From NCBI GenBank assembly GCA_002633005.1, contig NMRA01000002.1, positions 1,829,023 to 1,893,022 of the forward strand: DNA of 64,000 nt, written 5' to 3'. Below are positions 1-12,500 of this stretch, piece by piece. Positions within the stretch are counted from its first letter, which is position 1. Each line of letters opens with the position of its first letter. This stretch comes from Phoronis australis (lineage: Eukaryota; Animalia; Phoronida). The translations under genes were made by a program, and so were the position numbers. Under the pieces are notes generated by a model. That model had not been told where the DNA came from. It saw only the letters and a list, made by a program, of their open reading frames with translations, and searched no databases.

Positions 1-566
1 CACGTCTACCTCCGCCTTTTCGTAACCGAAGAGATCGATTTCACTTACATAATAGTTATGGCATTTGCTTCTCGGTTTTACTCAAATGTAGGCACATGCG
101 TCTTTTTTCCGATAAAGGCGCAGCTTCACATACAGGCACATTATTTTAAAGATGCGAATATATGGAAAAAAAACGTAGAATTAACAATGGAACGTAGCGA
201 GTGCTAGAGAAAAACAAGGGTAAAACGTAAGATTACAAAAATAAGAAATATGAACGTCGACAATATAATGCTGTGTTCGAGTATTCACCCTCTATCGTGT
301 GCATCCAAAATATTCATCTTGCTTCCGTGCATGTAGTAATAGCCCGTAACTGAGTTTAGTCTATCTGAATGTGATAACAACTTTTTAAACTACAGTTGAG
401 AACTCGTGTACACAGTGTTAACGTATAATCATAGAATAAAAAGGATAAATATGTTCTTTCAAAAATATTGCAGTGAAGCAGTATTTTTTTAAACAGTCAC
501 GTTCTAAAATTGAGAATTGAAAAGAGCTCGAATCTGGGGCTTTCATTTTATTTTTATCCTTTCAAG

Positions 567-587
567 CAACAATGCATTGGATGCCAA
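567..587 (+). CDS. Candidate 21-nt coding micro-exon (QQCIGCQ) of the Cys-rich gene
   Basis: Long polypyrimidine tract, then ttcaag| acceptor at 566 and a consensus |gtaagt donor at 588. In phase 0 it joins the 907 exon in frame. Confidence 0.35.
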
Positions 588-906
588 GTAAGTCAAGAAT
601 CGATTTTTTTCTCACAGTTCTGCTCTCATCTGATTTTACAGTCAAACCATGAAACCATTTTCAGGGACTGCGCACTAACTCTTACCACTGGTGTGCGCCC
701 TTACTTCTCATCTCAAAACCCCTAACCACGGACCCGGGCCACCATCAAGCAGTCTTACCACTAACAACTTTGTGTTATAGTGAAAACGATAAACGTGAGC
801 GGGGCGACCAGTTTCTTTCGGTTATTTTTAGCTCCCGTGACAAGAGATAGTTTCCACCAATGATTCTGGGGGGTACTTTACTTTAATGAATATTTTTAAA
901 TTCCAG

Positions 907-1125
907 TGTATGCTGCGCTGTGACGGAGAACTCCTCAACTTCTGTCTGCGAGACTGCGTCGACCGATCAGTGAAAGACCTTTTCCAGCTGGATACGGAAC
1001 TTGACGAGTGTTACCAAAAGTGCACGGACTTTGCTGAAGTTTGCCGAAATGAATGTTCGGCTAAGTCACTGATGCAACCCGCCCAGGAGTTTGTTAGCAT
1101 GGAAGATTTGGAAAAAGAAAAGTAA
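907..1125 (+). CDS. Terminal coding exon of an uncharacterised small Cys-rich protein (four CX3C motifs); 5' part not identified
   Basis: ttccag| acceptor at 906; open frame CMLRC-x7-CLRDC-x17-CYQKC-x6-CRNEC...EKEK* ending at TAA 1123-1125; GC-richer than its flanks; AATAAA signals at ~1807 and ~1819. Confidence 0.55.
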   Translation, partial: CMLRCDGELLNFCLRDCVDRSVKDLFQLDTELDECYQKCTDFAEVCRNECSAKSLMQPAQEFVSMEDLEKEK

Positions 1126-2450
1126 AAACTCGACAGTTTGATAAATGTTATAGGACTGCGTGTGCCAAGAGACGAGTCCACATGGTATTATCGGTTGGTA
1201 CGGTAACTTAAAATCCCCGACTTTTTGTGAAAAAGGGGTAGTCGTTAAGTCATTTTCGACAATGAATTCTAAATTAAACTTATTTATATACAGATTAGGC
1301 CTTTTCATTTTGTTAATCCTTAGCGCTGGAACTACTGCGACGAGTAGAAAACATTTCATATTTACTCAACACTCATTTCAGAAGATTAGTTTCACAAAGA
1401 GGCGCCTGTGTTCAGACTGAGGTCCATCGCAGCCATTTTGTATAAACCCACTCAGTGATAACCTAGAATAGTAGGTAAACGTGAAAGGCTTTACACAGAA
1501 CTTTGTCAAAATTACATCAGATTACAGTATTATGTTAGGCTACTTGTATTTTGTCGGTGGAACTCAGGCGAAAGAGAAAGCTAATATCATACACACAAAC
1601 TGTTAACGCACGAATAGGAGGTTGAATCATTAAGCAATTTAAGATTGAGCAGTTTTAAACTCCAAAGCGCTGTAGTTAAGAATTCAACATTGACAGCTAA
1701 CAGCAGCAAATACTCCAATAAATTTGAGCGTGTAAAACTGGATAAAATGATGTAATAACTGAATCTCAATATCGATAGCTTCACCCACGATTTAGATAAA
1801 ACAACGAATAAACAAATTAATAAAACAAGTTCTTAATTTCGTATCCTTAAGCCATCTTTCAATTAAAAATTCGTAGTTAAGCTCTCCATGTTAACCATTC
1901 GTAATGTCCGGATGACCAATACACCGCTGCAAGGATAAGGAAACGAGTCTCATTGTGTAACTCAGTGAGTGTTTTCATCAACGGTATGAAGGACCAGCTC
2001 AGGAAAATGTATTATGATCAATGGTACTTCAAAATAGGATGCAATTTCACTGAGTGGTAACGAGCAAACACAGAAAACAAGCAAAAGGGTGAAAACGCCT
2101 TGAAAAATCGCATGCGATTTATTAGCGATTAGACACAGAGACGCATTAAATATTCATGATTATCACCCAAGTCTTACGTAATACGCGACTAGTTATTGAT
2201 CAGAAAAGCATTTCCATTTAACTAAAAACATAAATCTGCAGTTTCGCATTATACCGGACCCCATGTCGATAAAATTTTCGTTTTAATTAACTGCTTTGTA
2301 TTGTATATTTGGATTAGATTCTGAATGCAATGCGTATTATTCAAGACAAAAACAGGACAAATTATGGCAGCCCGTGATAAGCAATCATTACGTCGATAAA
2401 TTCATATGCGTCAATGACGCGGCGCGCGCTCCTAATATTACCCCTGAAAT

Positions 2451-2611
2451 CAGGGGTGGATCCAGGATTTTGAGTTGGGGGGGGGACAGGGCAGAGTATT
2501 TGACAGAATTTTGCCCATCAGACATTCTCACCCCCGAACTGTCAAATGGAAACTGGGAGAAATTTAGGGGGTTATGGCCCCCTTGCCCCCCCCCCCTTCA
2601 ATCCGCCCATG
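2451..2611. mobile_element. Short MITE (CAGGGGTGGATCC-type termini) with 5-bp TSD
   Basis: Ends CAGGGGTGGAT...ATCCGCCCATG are inverted repeats, flanked by GAAAT (2446-2450, 2612-2616). The internal segment matches 4800-4860. Confidence 0.7.
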
Positions 2612-3364
2612 GAAATAGACATTGAAGTTGAGTGATGAAGTAAGTCATGTTATCTTGTTTTCTTGTTCGGTTTAAAATGAACTAGACATTCTTGCGTTCA
2701 GTTAGCATTAAAATGTCGATAATGAGCATTTTCACGAAAGACGTCGCTCTAGTCGGTAAGCAGTGTTGGCTTACGTAGTAAATGGATAATGAGTGGAAAC
2801 GCCAGCCCTTCTGGCGGAGTAATTCAAGCCTTGTATTTATGTTCTACTAAAGTAGTCCTTGGTTCTGACACATAACTTTTAAGAATGACCCAAATTTCGT
2901 AAAATTCATTCAACAAATAACTTACGAACATCTTATAGAAAGTCTAATCTATACGAATAACCAAGATTTGTCATGGTATGCATATACAACTGTCAAATTT
3001 TAGCATACTAGCCATTTCGTTTTCTTTCGTTGAAACGTCATAGCACAAAAATTAAACAGAGTCGAAATAGTGTTTTGCGCTATCACACAATTTGAAAACA
3101 CACAATGCCGATGCGGTTTTCGTCATGTCCATTTTTTACTTGTGATCAATAAATTACTGGACAATTATGTTAATTTAGTTGGTAATTGACTCTGTAACGG
3201 AGAAGTGTTCGTTACTGGTGAAAAATAATTTTGGATTCTAATGATTATGGCGCTCGCTTGGTGAATCATTTCTGCGTGGTTGTTTCAAGATTGATTATAA
3301 TGACAAAGTGTTTAGATAAAACACCATTTCGCTCCGTTTGGCTCCCCGGAAAATCAAGCGCAAG

Positions 3365-3384
3365 ACACACACACACACACACAC
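3365..3384. repeat. (CA)n microsatellite
   Basis: Direct reading of the acacacac run. Confidence 0.85.
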
Positions 3385-3727
3385 CATACTTGTGAGTCAC
3401 AAAATTTTTCATACATGTACCATGATAGGACTTCATGTCTGTTGTCTCGATGAACGCTCAGAACATTTATGCCCGAAAATGGCTTCAGAATACTAAAGAG
3501 GTAAGGCCCATCCTTTAAAAAAATGACCACAATTTGTTTGACCTCACTTTCGCAACTGCGTAACTTGTGACTGTTGTGCTGATCTTCGAAGCACGAACTG
3601 CGGTAATTTGGGGATTGTCACGATTTCTGATCTAAAATACTAATTTCACTACAAACTGTCGCAATCGCCATCACCGCCGTTGTCGACACAATGACAACGG
3701 TTATTGTTGTGTATAGGGATCCAATAA

Positions 3728-3860
3728 ACACATAAACAGACAGACGAACATATAGGCAGATAGACAGGCGAACATACAGGCAGACACACAGATGAACATA
3801 CCAGAAGACAAACAGACAGGCAGACAAACAATAAACATACACACAGCCAGACAGACAGAT
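3728..3860. repeat. Degenerate (ACAG)n-type simple repeat
   Basis: Runs of acag/acat/gcag tetramers. They explain the three spurious low-complexity minus-strand ORFs here. Confidence 0.8.
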
Positions 3861-4575
3861 AAGTTTATGACTAGAGATGAACGCACGTAATTTTACTTCA
3901 ATAATTTAAAAAACATGGAATACTTTCCATTACCGGCTAAGCGCCTATATTCAAAATGCATTTTTCAAAATTAGTTTTACTCAAGTGTTGTGTCACTCAT
4001 AAGTATAAGTACGTGCGTCTCAGTAAAGGCGCAGGCACCGTATACCTTTTTACAGGTCCATTGGGTATTGCTGCGCACATCTTCCCCTCGACTTAGATGC
4101 TGACGCATATCTCGTTTCGAGCTAAAACGTTTCAGATATGCAAATGACTTGTTTAATAGGACATTGCGTAAGTTAAAACTAATTTTTTCTTAATGATGGT
4201 AGAATTTATTTTCTGTTACCAAGAAGGAAATAAAAATCCTCAACAGGTCAAAACAATTGTCAATTTTACCACCATTTCTGACCATATCTATGTTTTTGAT
4301 CAACCCTGAAATTCGAAAATGACGGGAAGGATTCCCATTCAATAGGTCAGTGACGTGACTATTTTCCGTGACTGAGCCAGTACATAGCAGATCAGCTGAA
4401 ATTGATTTCGGGTATTCGGTACTGTGCTGCAGTCAAGTGTCCTATTCCTGGACCGCGTTGGCTCTGAAGTTTTATTCACCAAACACAGTTCTAAAGGTAA
4501 CGGAAGTATTTTTGTTGGCAAAATCTGCTGTTCCTACGGTGGCCCAAAGATGACATGGAAAAAACAGTTATTTTA

Positions 4576-4889
4576 CAAGGAAGGATCCAGGATATTGGAT
4601 TAGTGAGGGCCAGGACACAGGAATAACCAGAATTTTGCCACATTTGCGCGTCCAACCTAAAATGTAGGGATGTAGGGGGTCTCGAATTTTTGAGTTTGTG
4701 GACCTTATTACTAAAAAAAAATGGTAAACGTGGTTTGTTCAAGGCATATGCATTGTGCATTCGTAACTGAGCCCCCTGGGTGCTCGCATATGTCAGTGAG
4801 CAATTCTCACCCCGACCTGCCAAATGGAATCTGGGAGAATTTTAAGGGGGGGGGCATGGCCCCCTAGGTCCGCTCTAAATCCGCCACTG
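4576..4889. mobile_element. MITE of the same family as 2451-2611, present in only one of the duplicated copies
   Basis: CAAGGAAGGATCCAGG...AAATCCGCCACTG with TTTTA TSD (4571-4575, 4890-4894); absent at the matching site near 6360-6370. Confidence 0.75.
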
Positions 4890-7622
4890 TTTTACTTTTT
4901 CAAAGCTCTTAAAAAAGTATGTTTTCTCTGCAGAAAAACCTTCTCTCCGCGAAGTGATTTTTTCGTAAAAACATTGGCAACATTTCAATGTTATCTTTGG
5001 TCCAACGAACATTCCTCTAAAGAGGCATGGAACACGGAAGCTCGTCAAAATATCTTTTAAACTATTCCTGACGAAAGTACCATCTCGCAACGTCTACTAT
5101 ATAGTCATTCATTTTCCCGTCATTCATTTTCCCCTACTTTTGATAAATGCGCGCATGCGCTCACAGTCATTCGACAAACAGCTGACTGACAAGATGGATA
5201 TTAATGGCAATTGTCATGACTTTTGTGATCGCACTTCGAAACTAAGGTCACAGCACAGTATGAGGCAAGCCAGTGAAGTAACCCATTTTCCAAAAAAAAT
5301 TGAAATGCACTTGAAAATATATTTGAATAGTATGATAGCTGTACATTTATAACTAATTTTAAAAGGTTAGGATTTACATCAATTGCCTCTTACTCGGACT
5401 GGCTGTTGCTTGAAGTCAGCAATGTTTTGTTTACATCAAAGGCCAATGGTCACATTTTCCAAATAAGGTAAATATGATACCTCTGTGTCTTGCCATACCA
5501 AATACGGAGACGTGCTTTGCCTTGTGGGAGAAAATCGACGAAGTGACCAACACTTGACAGGTTGTTTTTCAAAAATGAAACTAGAAGAAAAATGCTCTGA
5601 TGTTAACAGAATTTCAAAATCTTTATGAACAAACCGTAAAAATACCAGGTGAACAGGTTGAATTCTGCTTCAGTGGCAGAAAACAACTTTGAATAATGTA
5701 ATTAAGTCTTTTTCGCGCGTTCCAACCTCTTTAAAATGTTTTTGTTTGCCGTTTGGCAACCTGCTGTTTGTGTGACGTCATTTCCACTTGTGCGGTTGCC
5801 AATGGAGATAAAAGCAGAACTATTTGAACACTGGCACGATTGCCACCAGATCCCACCACTTAAAACTGTTTAAAAGCCGAAAAAATGAAAATCCTGCATC
5901 ATTTTTTTGCTCGTCTCAAGTGGAAGCTCTTTTGAAAACGTGACCAAAAATCCCCCACCACCCCTACTCGATTTTTAGAACAAAGTATGGTATTTGTAGC
6001 ATTAACCAGCAGTCATAAACAGCAACATACACACGTAGCAACCCGATAGTATCACATGAGCAAACAATGATGTTTATTCAATCAGTACATTCCACATTCT
6101 GCCAAAGATGGCACAACATATATGAGAAAAACAAATGTACAGAAATACAACAATTTTATTGTTTCATTTCATGAACACATTACAAAGACTCTAATTTAGT
6201 CCTTACTCCAGGAAATTATTCAGAGTCAAGTCCCATACACACAACTAAATGAAACTTAACATAAAATNTCTATTCACCAAACACTGTTCCAAAGGTAACA
6301 GAAGTATTTTTGTTGGCAAAGTCTGCTGTTCCTACGGTGGCCCACAGATAACATTGAAAAAGCACTTTTTTCAAAGTTCTAAAGAAAAATGTGTTTTCTC
6401 TGCAGAAAAGCCTTTTCTCCGCGAAGTGATTTTTTCGTAAAAATTTTGGTAACATTTCAATGTTATCTTTGGTCCAACGGACATTCCTCTAAAGAGGCAT
6501 GGAACACGAAAACCCGTCAAAATATCTTTTAAACAATTCCTGACGAAAGTACCATCTCGCAACGTCTACTACATAGTCATTCATTTTCCCGCCATTCATT
6601 TTTCCCTACTTACATGTATGATAAATGCGCGCATGCACTCACAGTCATTCTACAAACAGCTGACTGACAAGATGGATATTAACGGCAATTATCATGACTT
6701 TTGTGATCGCACTTCGAAACTGATGTCACAGCACAGCCAGTGAAGTAACCCATTTTCCAAAAAAAAAATTGAAATGCACTTCAGAATATATTTGAATAGT
6801 ACGGTAGCTGTACATTTATAACTAATTTTAAAAGGTTAGGATTTACATCAATTGCCTCTTACTCGGACTGGCTGTTGCTTGAAGTCAGCAATGTTTTATT
6901 TCTACACCAAAGGCCAATGGTCACATTTTCCAAATAAGGTAAATAGGATACCTATGTGTCTTGCCATGCCAAATACGGAGACGTGCTTTGCCTTGTGGGA
7001 GAAAATCGACGAAGTGACCAACACTTGACAGGTTGTTTTTTAAAAATGAAACTAAAAGAAAAATGCTCTGATGTCAACAGAATTTCAAAATCTTTATGAA
7101 CAAACCGTAAAAATACCAGATGAACAAGTTGAATTCTGCTTCAGTGGCAGAGAACAACTTTGAATAATGTAATTAGTCTTTTTCGCGCGTTCCAACCTCT
7201 TTAAAATGTTTTTGTTTGCCGTTTGGCAACCTGCTGTTTGTTTGACGTCATTTCCACTTGTGCGGTTGCCAATGGAGATAAAAGCAGAACTATTTGAACA
7301 CTGGCACGATTGCCACCAGATCCCACCACTTAAAACTGTTTAAAAGCCGAAAAATGAAAATCCTGCATCATTTTTTGCTCGTCTCAAGTGGAAGCTTTTT
7401 TGAAAACGTGACCAAAAATCCCCCACCACCCCTACTCGATTTTTAGAACAAAGTATGGTATTTTTAGCATTAACCAGCAGTCATAAACAGCAGCATACAC
7501 ACGTAGCAACCTGATAGTATCACATGAGCAAACCATGGTGTTTATTCAATCAGTACATTCCACATTCTGCCAAAGATGGCACAACATATATGAGAAAAAC
7601 AAATGTACAGAAATACAACAAT

Positions 7623-7628
7623 TTTATT
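7623..7628 (-). terminator. Candidate polyadenylation signal for the RNF2 3' UTR
   Basis: AATAAA on the minus strand ~1.7 kb past the stop, followed by TG-rich sequence. No transcript evidence. Confidence 0.3.
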
Positions 7629-9334
7629 GTTTCATTTCATGAACACATTACAAAGACTCTAATTTAGTCCTTACTCCAGGAAATTATTCAGAGTCAAGTC
7701 CCATACACACAACTAAATGAAACTTAACATAAAATCATATTTCACATAGTGACAGCCCGACTAATTTTCTCTAATTCCAAACTAAACAACTATGTTTTAC
7801 AAGATAGATCTAATTATAAAAACATGCAACAGACATTTCCACTGTTTTAACATTTACATACATTAAACAAATATAATGCTGGTCCCATCAACTTGAACAC
7901 CAAAGCAACAAGCACAGTAAGGTGCTGACCTCTAGCTGAGAAATCAAGATATAAAAACACATTATCAACATAAATTAAAAAAAAAAACATGCAAGTCAAG
8001 AAAAGAAATTCATCACCGAGCATTATTTGCAGTAGATTTGTTTTCATTTGAAATTGATGCAAAAGGAAATTTTGAAGCCACAGACTGTGAGTCAGACTTC
8101 TGTAAAAAATAACTTTTGGTATAGACCCTTACAAAACTGGTCTGCACTTGTTCCTTACTCAGAATGGACTGGAGAGGACCAGTTAGTTATTGCTTGAAAC
8201 CAAGCCTGGCACATGAAATGACCTGCCTTACCAAGCCTACTTACTTAGCCTGGTGTTTCGCGATAACCAACTGTCAGTCACTTTCTAGACCAGAGATCTC
8301 CAGTAAGAAACAATTTGAAACCAAGACAAGAGCGCCAAGTGTTCCAATTCAGAAGTTATTTTTTTGAAAGAAGGCAAGTTCACGACAGCTTATATTTTTA
8401 ACTTTTAATTAATGCAAAACATTATTTGGAAAAACTTTATAGTCAAAAGATAAAGAGGTAGAAACAAGACTAAAATGAGTGGAGGTGTGTATTATCATAC
8501 TTCAACCAATAACCCACAGAACACACATGTACATCAATGTGCAGGACACCTAGCGCCAACCTCACAAACTACACAACTATTCTTAGTATGACTAACACCA
8601 CTCTACTATCGATGCAGAAGTTTGTTCGAAAAGAAACTTGTTTGTAAGACAACTGTGTTTGCGAGTAAAGAACCGTGTCCACAACAATTATGGAGCACTA
8701 GAAGATAAATACACCTAGCGAGACAAGAACTGCGTTAATGAGAACAGAACGTTGTAAGTGAGAACAGCTGTGCTGTACGGGAGAGTAGAAGACTGGCTAC
8801 CACAGACACTTAACTTTCACATCAAGCTTAACCATGTCTGGGACAGTTGGCATGTTGATTCTGTCTGCACTGAAATAGGATACCCAGATTCCGATAACAG
8901 TAAGCATTCAAATCCACTCAACTTTTTCTACTCCATCCCCGACACAAACAACATTCATGGCACAAAATGGGTAACTTTAAATCCATTAGGTGGCGCTAGT
9001 GTGACAACTTACCCTGCAGAAATGCATGCATTCAGAAAGTTTTTGTGGGATCCTCTGTGTATGTTAATGAATTGCTTTCCTCTCATTCACATATTAAATA
9101 AAGAATAAAGGAGTCTTTAAATAACAGCACCACTTAGTAAATATAAAGTCTCCCATTACAAGACAAGATACTGGTTCAATTTGTATGAATGATTTGACCA
9201 AAAGAACTGAACTACAAAACCCCTCTCCAAGGGGGGTCCAATCATTCAGTATCCAAAGTTGCTGAGAGTCGGAATAAAAGTCATGTTCGGAGTGAGACAG
9301 AGCTTGGCGACAATAGTTAATCTTCCTCCGAGGA

Positions 9335-9525
9335 TTAGTGATGAGGTTTCTCCGGCGTCCCTTTTGAACTTGCTGCCTTGGTTATGGAGAAGAATACCTC
9401 CAAGGGACGATTGACCTTCCAGTACCGTTCGTGCACCTGCTCCAAAGTCATGCTAGGGTTTAGCGCCGTGAAGCTTCCTGGTGTACTGGCCACGTAAATC
9501 TTGTAGTTTTTCTCAGCCACAGGAA
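9335..9525 (-). CDS. RNF2: RNF2 coding exon 4 (end of RAWUL domain, stop)
   Basis: tttcag| acceptor; (V)[45 protein letters not shown]...HH*. Confidence 0.9.
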
Positions 9526-12500
9526 CTGAAATAGAATTTACACGATAGACACTTTTGACCTAAATTAAAATCAAAATCGCTCCATTTCACGAGAATGATG
9601 GTCTATTGTGTAACACTCAACATGTTTGCAATCTGACAAAAAGGCAATTACAAAGGCGACAAATTTTTGCAGCAAAAATTAGCAGCCCTTGACCATGAAA
9701 AGTAGAAACAATAACAATAATAACATATTCTATGAACTGACCAACCCATCACAGAGTGAGGGTAGAGCGAAAGGAGACAAGATAGTAAGGATGGCAGATA
9801 CAGTGGTGACTTGAAATTCAATTTCAGCTTCTCGTCACAAACTGGAGAATTAAACAAACATCTTCCGTAAGGTGTGTGCAATGTTTTCGTTGAAATCCTT
9901 GGCTTCAGTCACCAATACATTCTAAGACTTTTTATTAAGTTGCAAAGCGAGATAGCATTCTGAAGTTTACAGAAAAAAACATGGACTAAACAAAGTTTGT
10001 CATTTTTGCTTCTGGTGCTTCACTCACAGCCACAAACTCGATTTATTCATACTAGTCTGAAGTTGCTATTTTTGACTATGACTAGTTGTAACTGACTTAA
10101 CTCTTTCACTGCACACATTTCGGCACCGCAACCAATCACTGCCAAACGCGCTAACCAGCAAGTTGGGTACTTGACCATTCTGTCCTAGTTACCACTAAAT
10201 TTCATGGGATATTACAACTACAGTTTAATGACATTATCCGACGACAGGACTATTTTAATAAATTCTAGTTTTTCAAGTTTTCCATTGTTTTTGAGGAAAT
10301 TTTTATTGACTTGGGAAAAATTCCAAGTCACCACAGTGAATAGCAAATGAAATCAGACACATGCGCGCACCCAGCCTAAAAATGGGGGGGCTCGAATTTT
10401 TGAGAATGTAGACGTCGTACTAAGATCCACGGGGTATGTTCAAAGCTATGAATTGTGCATTCACCAAATTTTGGTTGCTCCTGCCTTTTAAGTGGACTTT
10501 TGTCTCGTTTTCTACTTTTTTCGGTGGTTTTGTTTCTCCGAGACGGACCTTTTGGGCTTGTTAGAGCCCCCTGGGTGCACGAATGAGACAATAGTTCATC
10601 CACTTTTTGTTTCAAAATTTGTAGTTACTTCCAAACTTTAAATTAATAACCACTTTTCCTACATACAATACCACTGATTCACAAGACGTAGTGTTCTCAT
10701 GTCATGAAATCAGTGCATTTGGCACCCTCAGCAGTTGGCACAAGAAGTAAACTGATGGAAATCACAATTGTTCGGCAAAAATTAGGCAAGGTCTGACCAT
10801 GAAGCACACGCCTCCAGCATTTCCGATCATCTGTGTTCTTCATAGGTAAGAGGAATTTAGTTAGATTGAGTTAAGGGGAGCAAACCAAAATACAACTCAA
10901 AATTGTATCTGAATAAATTATGAACTCGAACATGGACGTACGATTACAGTGCTTCTGGAGTGTGCTGATCTAGTTTTCCACAATGAATATAGTCAAACTG
11001 TGCTAAAACAAAATAGTATACAACATACGGTCCTTAATCAATCCCAAGTCAATACTACTATACAAAATTTGATTGGGTTTCAGCAAACTTGTTATACAAC
11101 TAACACTTAAGGAAGGTCCCCAAAGGGTTTGTTAAAACATAGCATGACTACAGGTCTTCTGTTCATGCTAACATCAGAGCATTAAAGATGATGTCATTGG
11201 CTTTTTGTTTTAAAACAATTCATGGAACAATCAAATCATGAAAAGAAAGCTCACGTTACCTCCTTCTTTTTCCTCGTTTTCGAGAGCGATGCGCATGGAT
11301 AAATATTTTGTTAGGTGTTCAACTGAAAAGAATAACAGAAACACTGCTGAAGAATGTATTTAAAATAAATTCATTCCCCTAAAGCCAAACCTTTAAGGTT
11401 ATGTGGCACCTTATCGACAAGTCTCTGTGTATTTTGCAAAATATCTTTAAACTAGTAATGTAAGTCAATACTTTCCGAAAGTAGAAATCCTGTAGATTTT
11501 AATTTTTTAATTTGTATTGATTTGTCATTAATTGGGTCACGTGACCACAACGTTTTATCAAAATTTACCAGAAAAGAAAGCTACATTCAAAACAAAACAA
11601 TGTCAGATATAAACGACATGAACAAATTAGTTTTGATGTAAATGTCCAGGATGAAAAATCAAAAACGGTCCCGTTACAGTTTTCTAAATAAATTTTTCGC
11701 TTCGTCATATGCAAATTTAGATTTTTAATTAAAAATCCTAAAAGTCCCTCATACCAAAGTGAAACATTTAAAAAACAATTCCCAACAGCATTTTGGAGCC
11801 CAGCGCATAAAGTACAACATTTGAAAGTCGAATTTGAATCTGATCAGCCATTTCTGGATATTCTGAATTTGGGAAATTTTCTCTCAGTTCTCACATAACC
11901 TCAAATGATGCTTAATACTATAACGCATGCTAGGCACATCCAAGTTCAAATCTTTTATTTACAGAGCATCTAGAACACCTCGGGTACCTCGCAGCCTCAA
12001 ATTATACCAATAATTTGATGCAGGTCATGTGTTAATTGTTTCACAAAACCGGAAAAGAACAGCGCCACCTTCAGAAAAAAGGAACAACTTTCGATGTGTC
12101 AGCTACAAAATGAGCTAACATTTATTTGTGGCCAGAATTATTGAATTCAATGGATTATATTCTTGATTTATAGTGATTAACAACCAGAATATTAGAATGT
12201 TTTATCTGCTACTGAAATATGTAAGTTCCATTCGAAATCTCTGATTCTATGAGGAAAGTCAAATTGCGTCGATTTTTCATTAACACAGAAAACCAGGGTC
12301 ACTACAGTATTCTAACCCAACCTTTAAAAGTGAGAGTCAACAACTCAAATCACTGTTATCCTTGACTCTTGATTTCAAGTACAGTAGACAACCTACTGGT
12401 AGCATTTGCTGTGGTCTTAAGATATCTGTTCATCTGAGCAGCCTTCTCGGAATCCTCTTCATCGTCAGGGTGTGGCTTGAACACCATTTCCATTTCGTTG

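Larger units (their letters stand above)
4473..7735. repeat. Near-identical direct duplication (4473-6267 and 6271-7735) joined by a single N; probably two allelic haplotypes assembled in tandem
   Basis: Both copies begin tattcaccaaacac and end aacttaacataaaat, with scattered SNPs and indels; n at 6268. Confidence 0.85.

Noticed and set aside
3618-3886. Three overlapping minus-strand ORFs rich in C/L/S/V
   Set aside because: They translate a degenerate (ACAG)n microsatellite.
4339-6562. Paired similar ORFs (e.g. MRDGTFVRN... twice) suggesting a gene duplication
   Set aside because: They come from the duplicated non-coding segment; frames are not conserved and no domain is recognisable.
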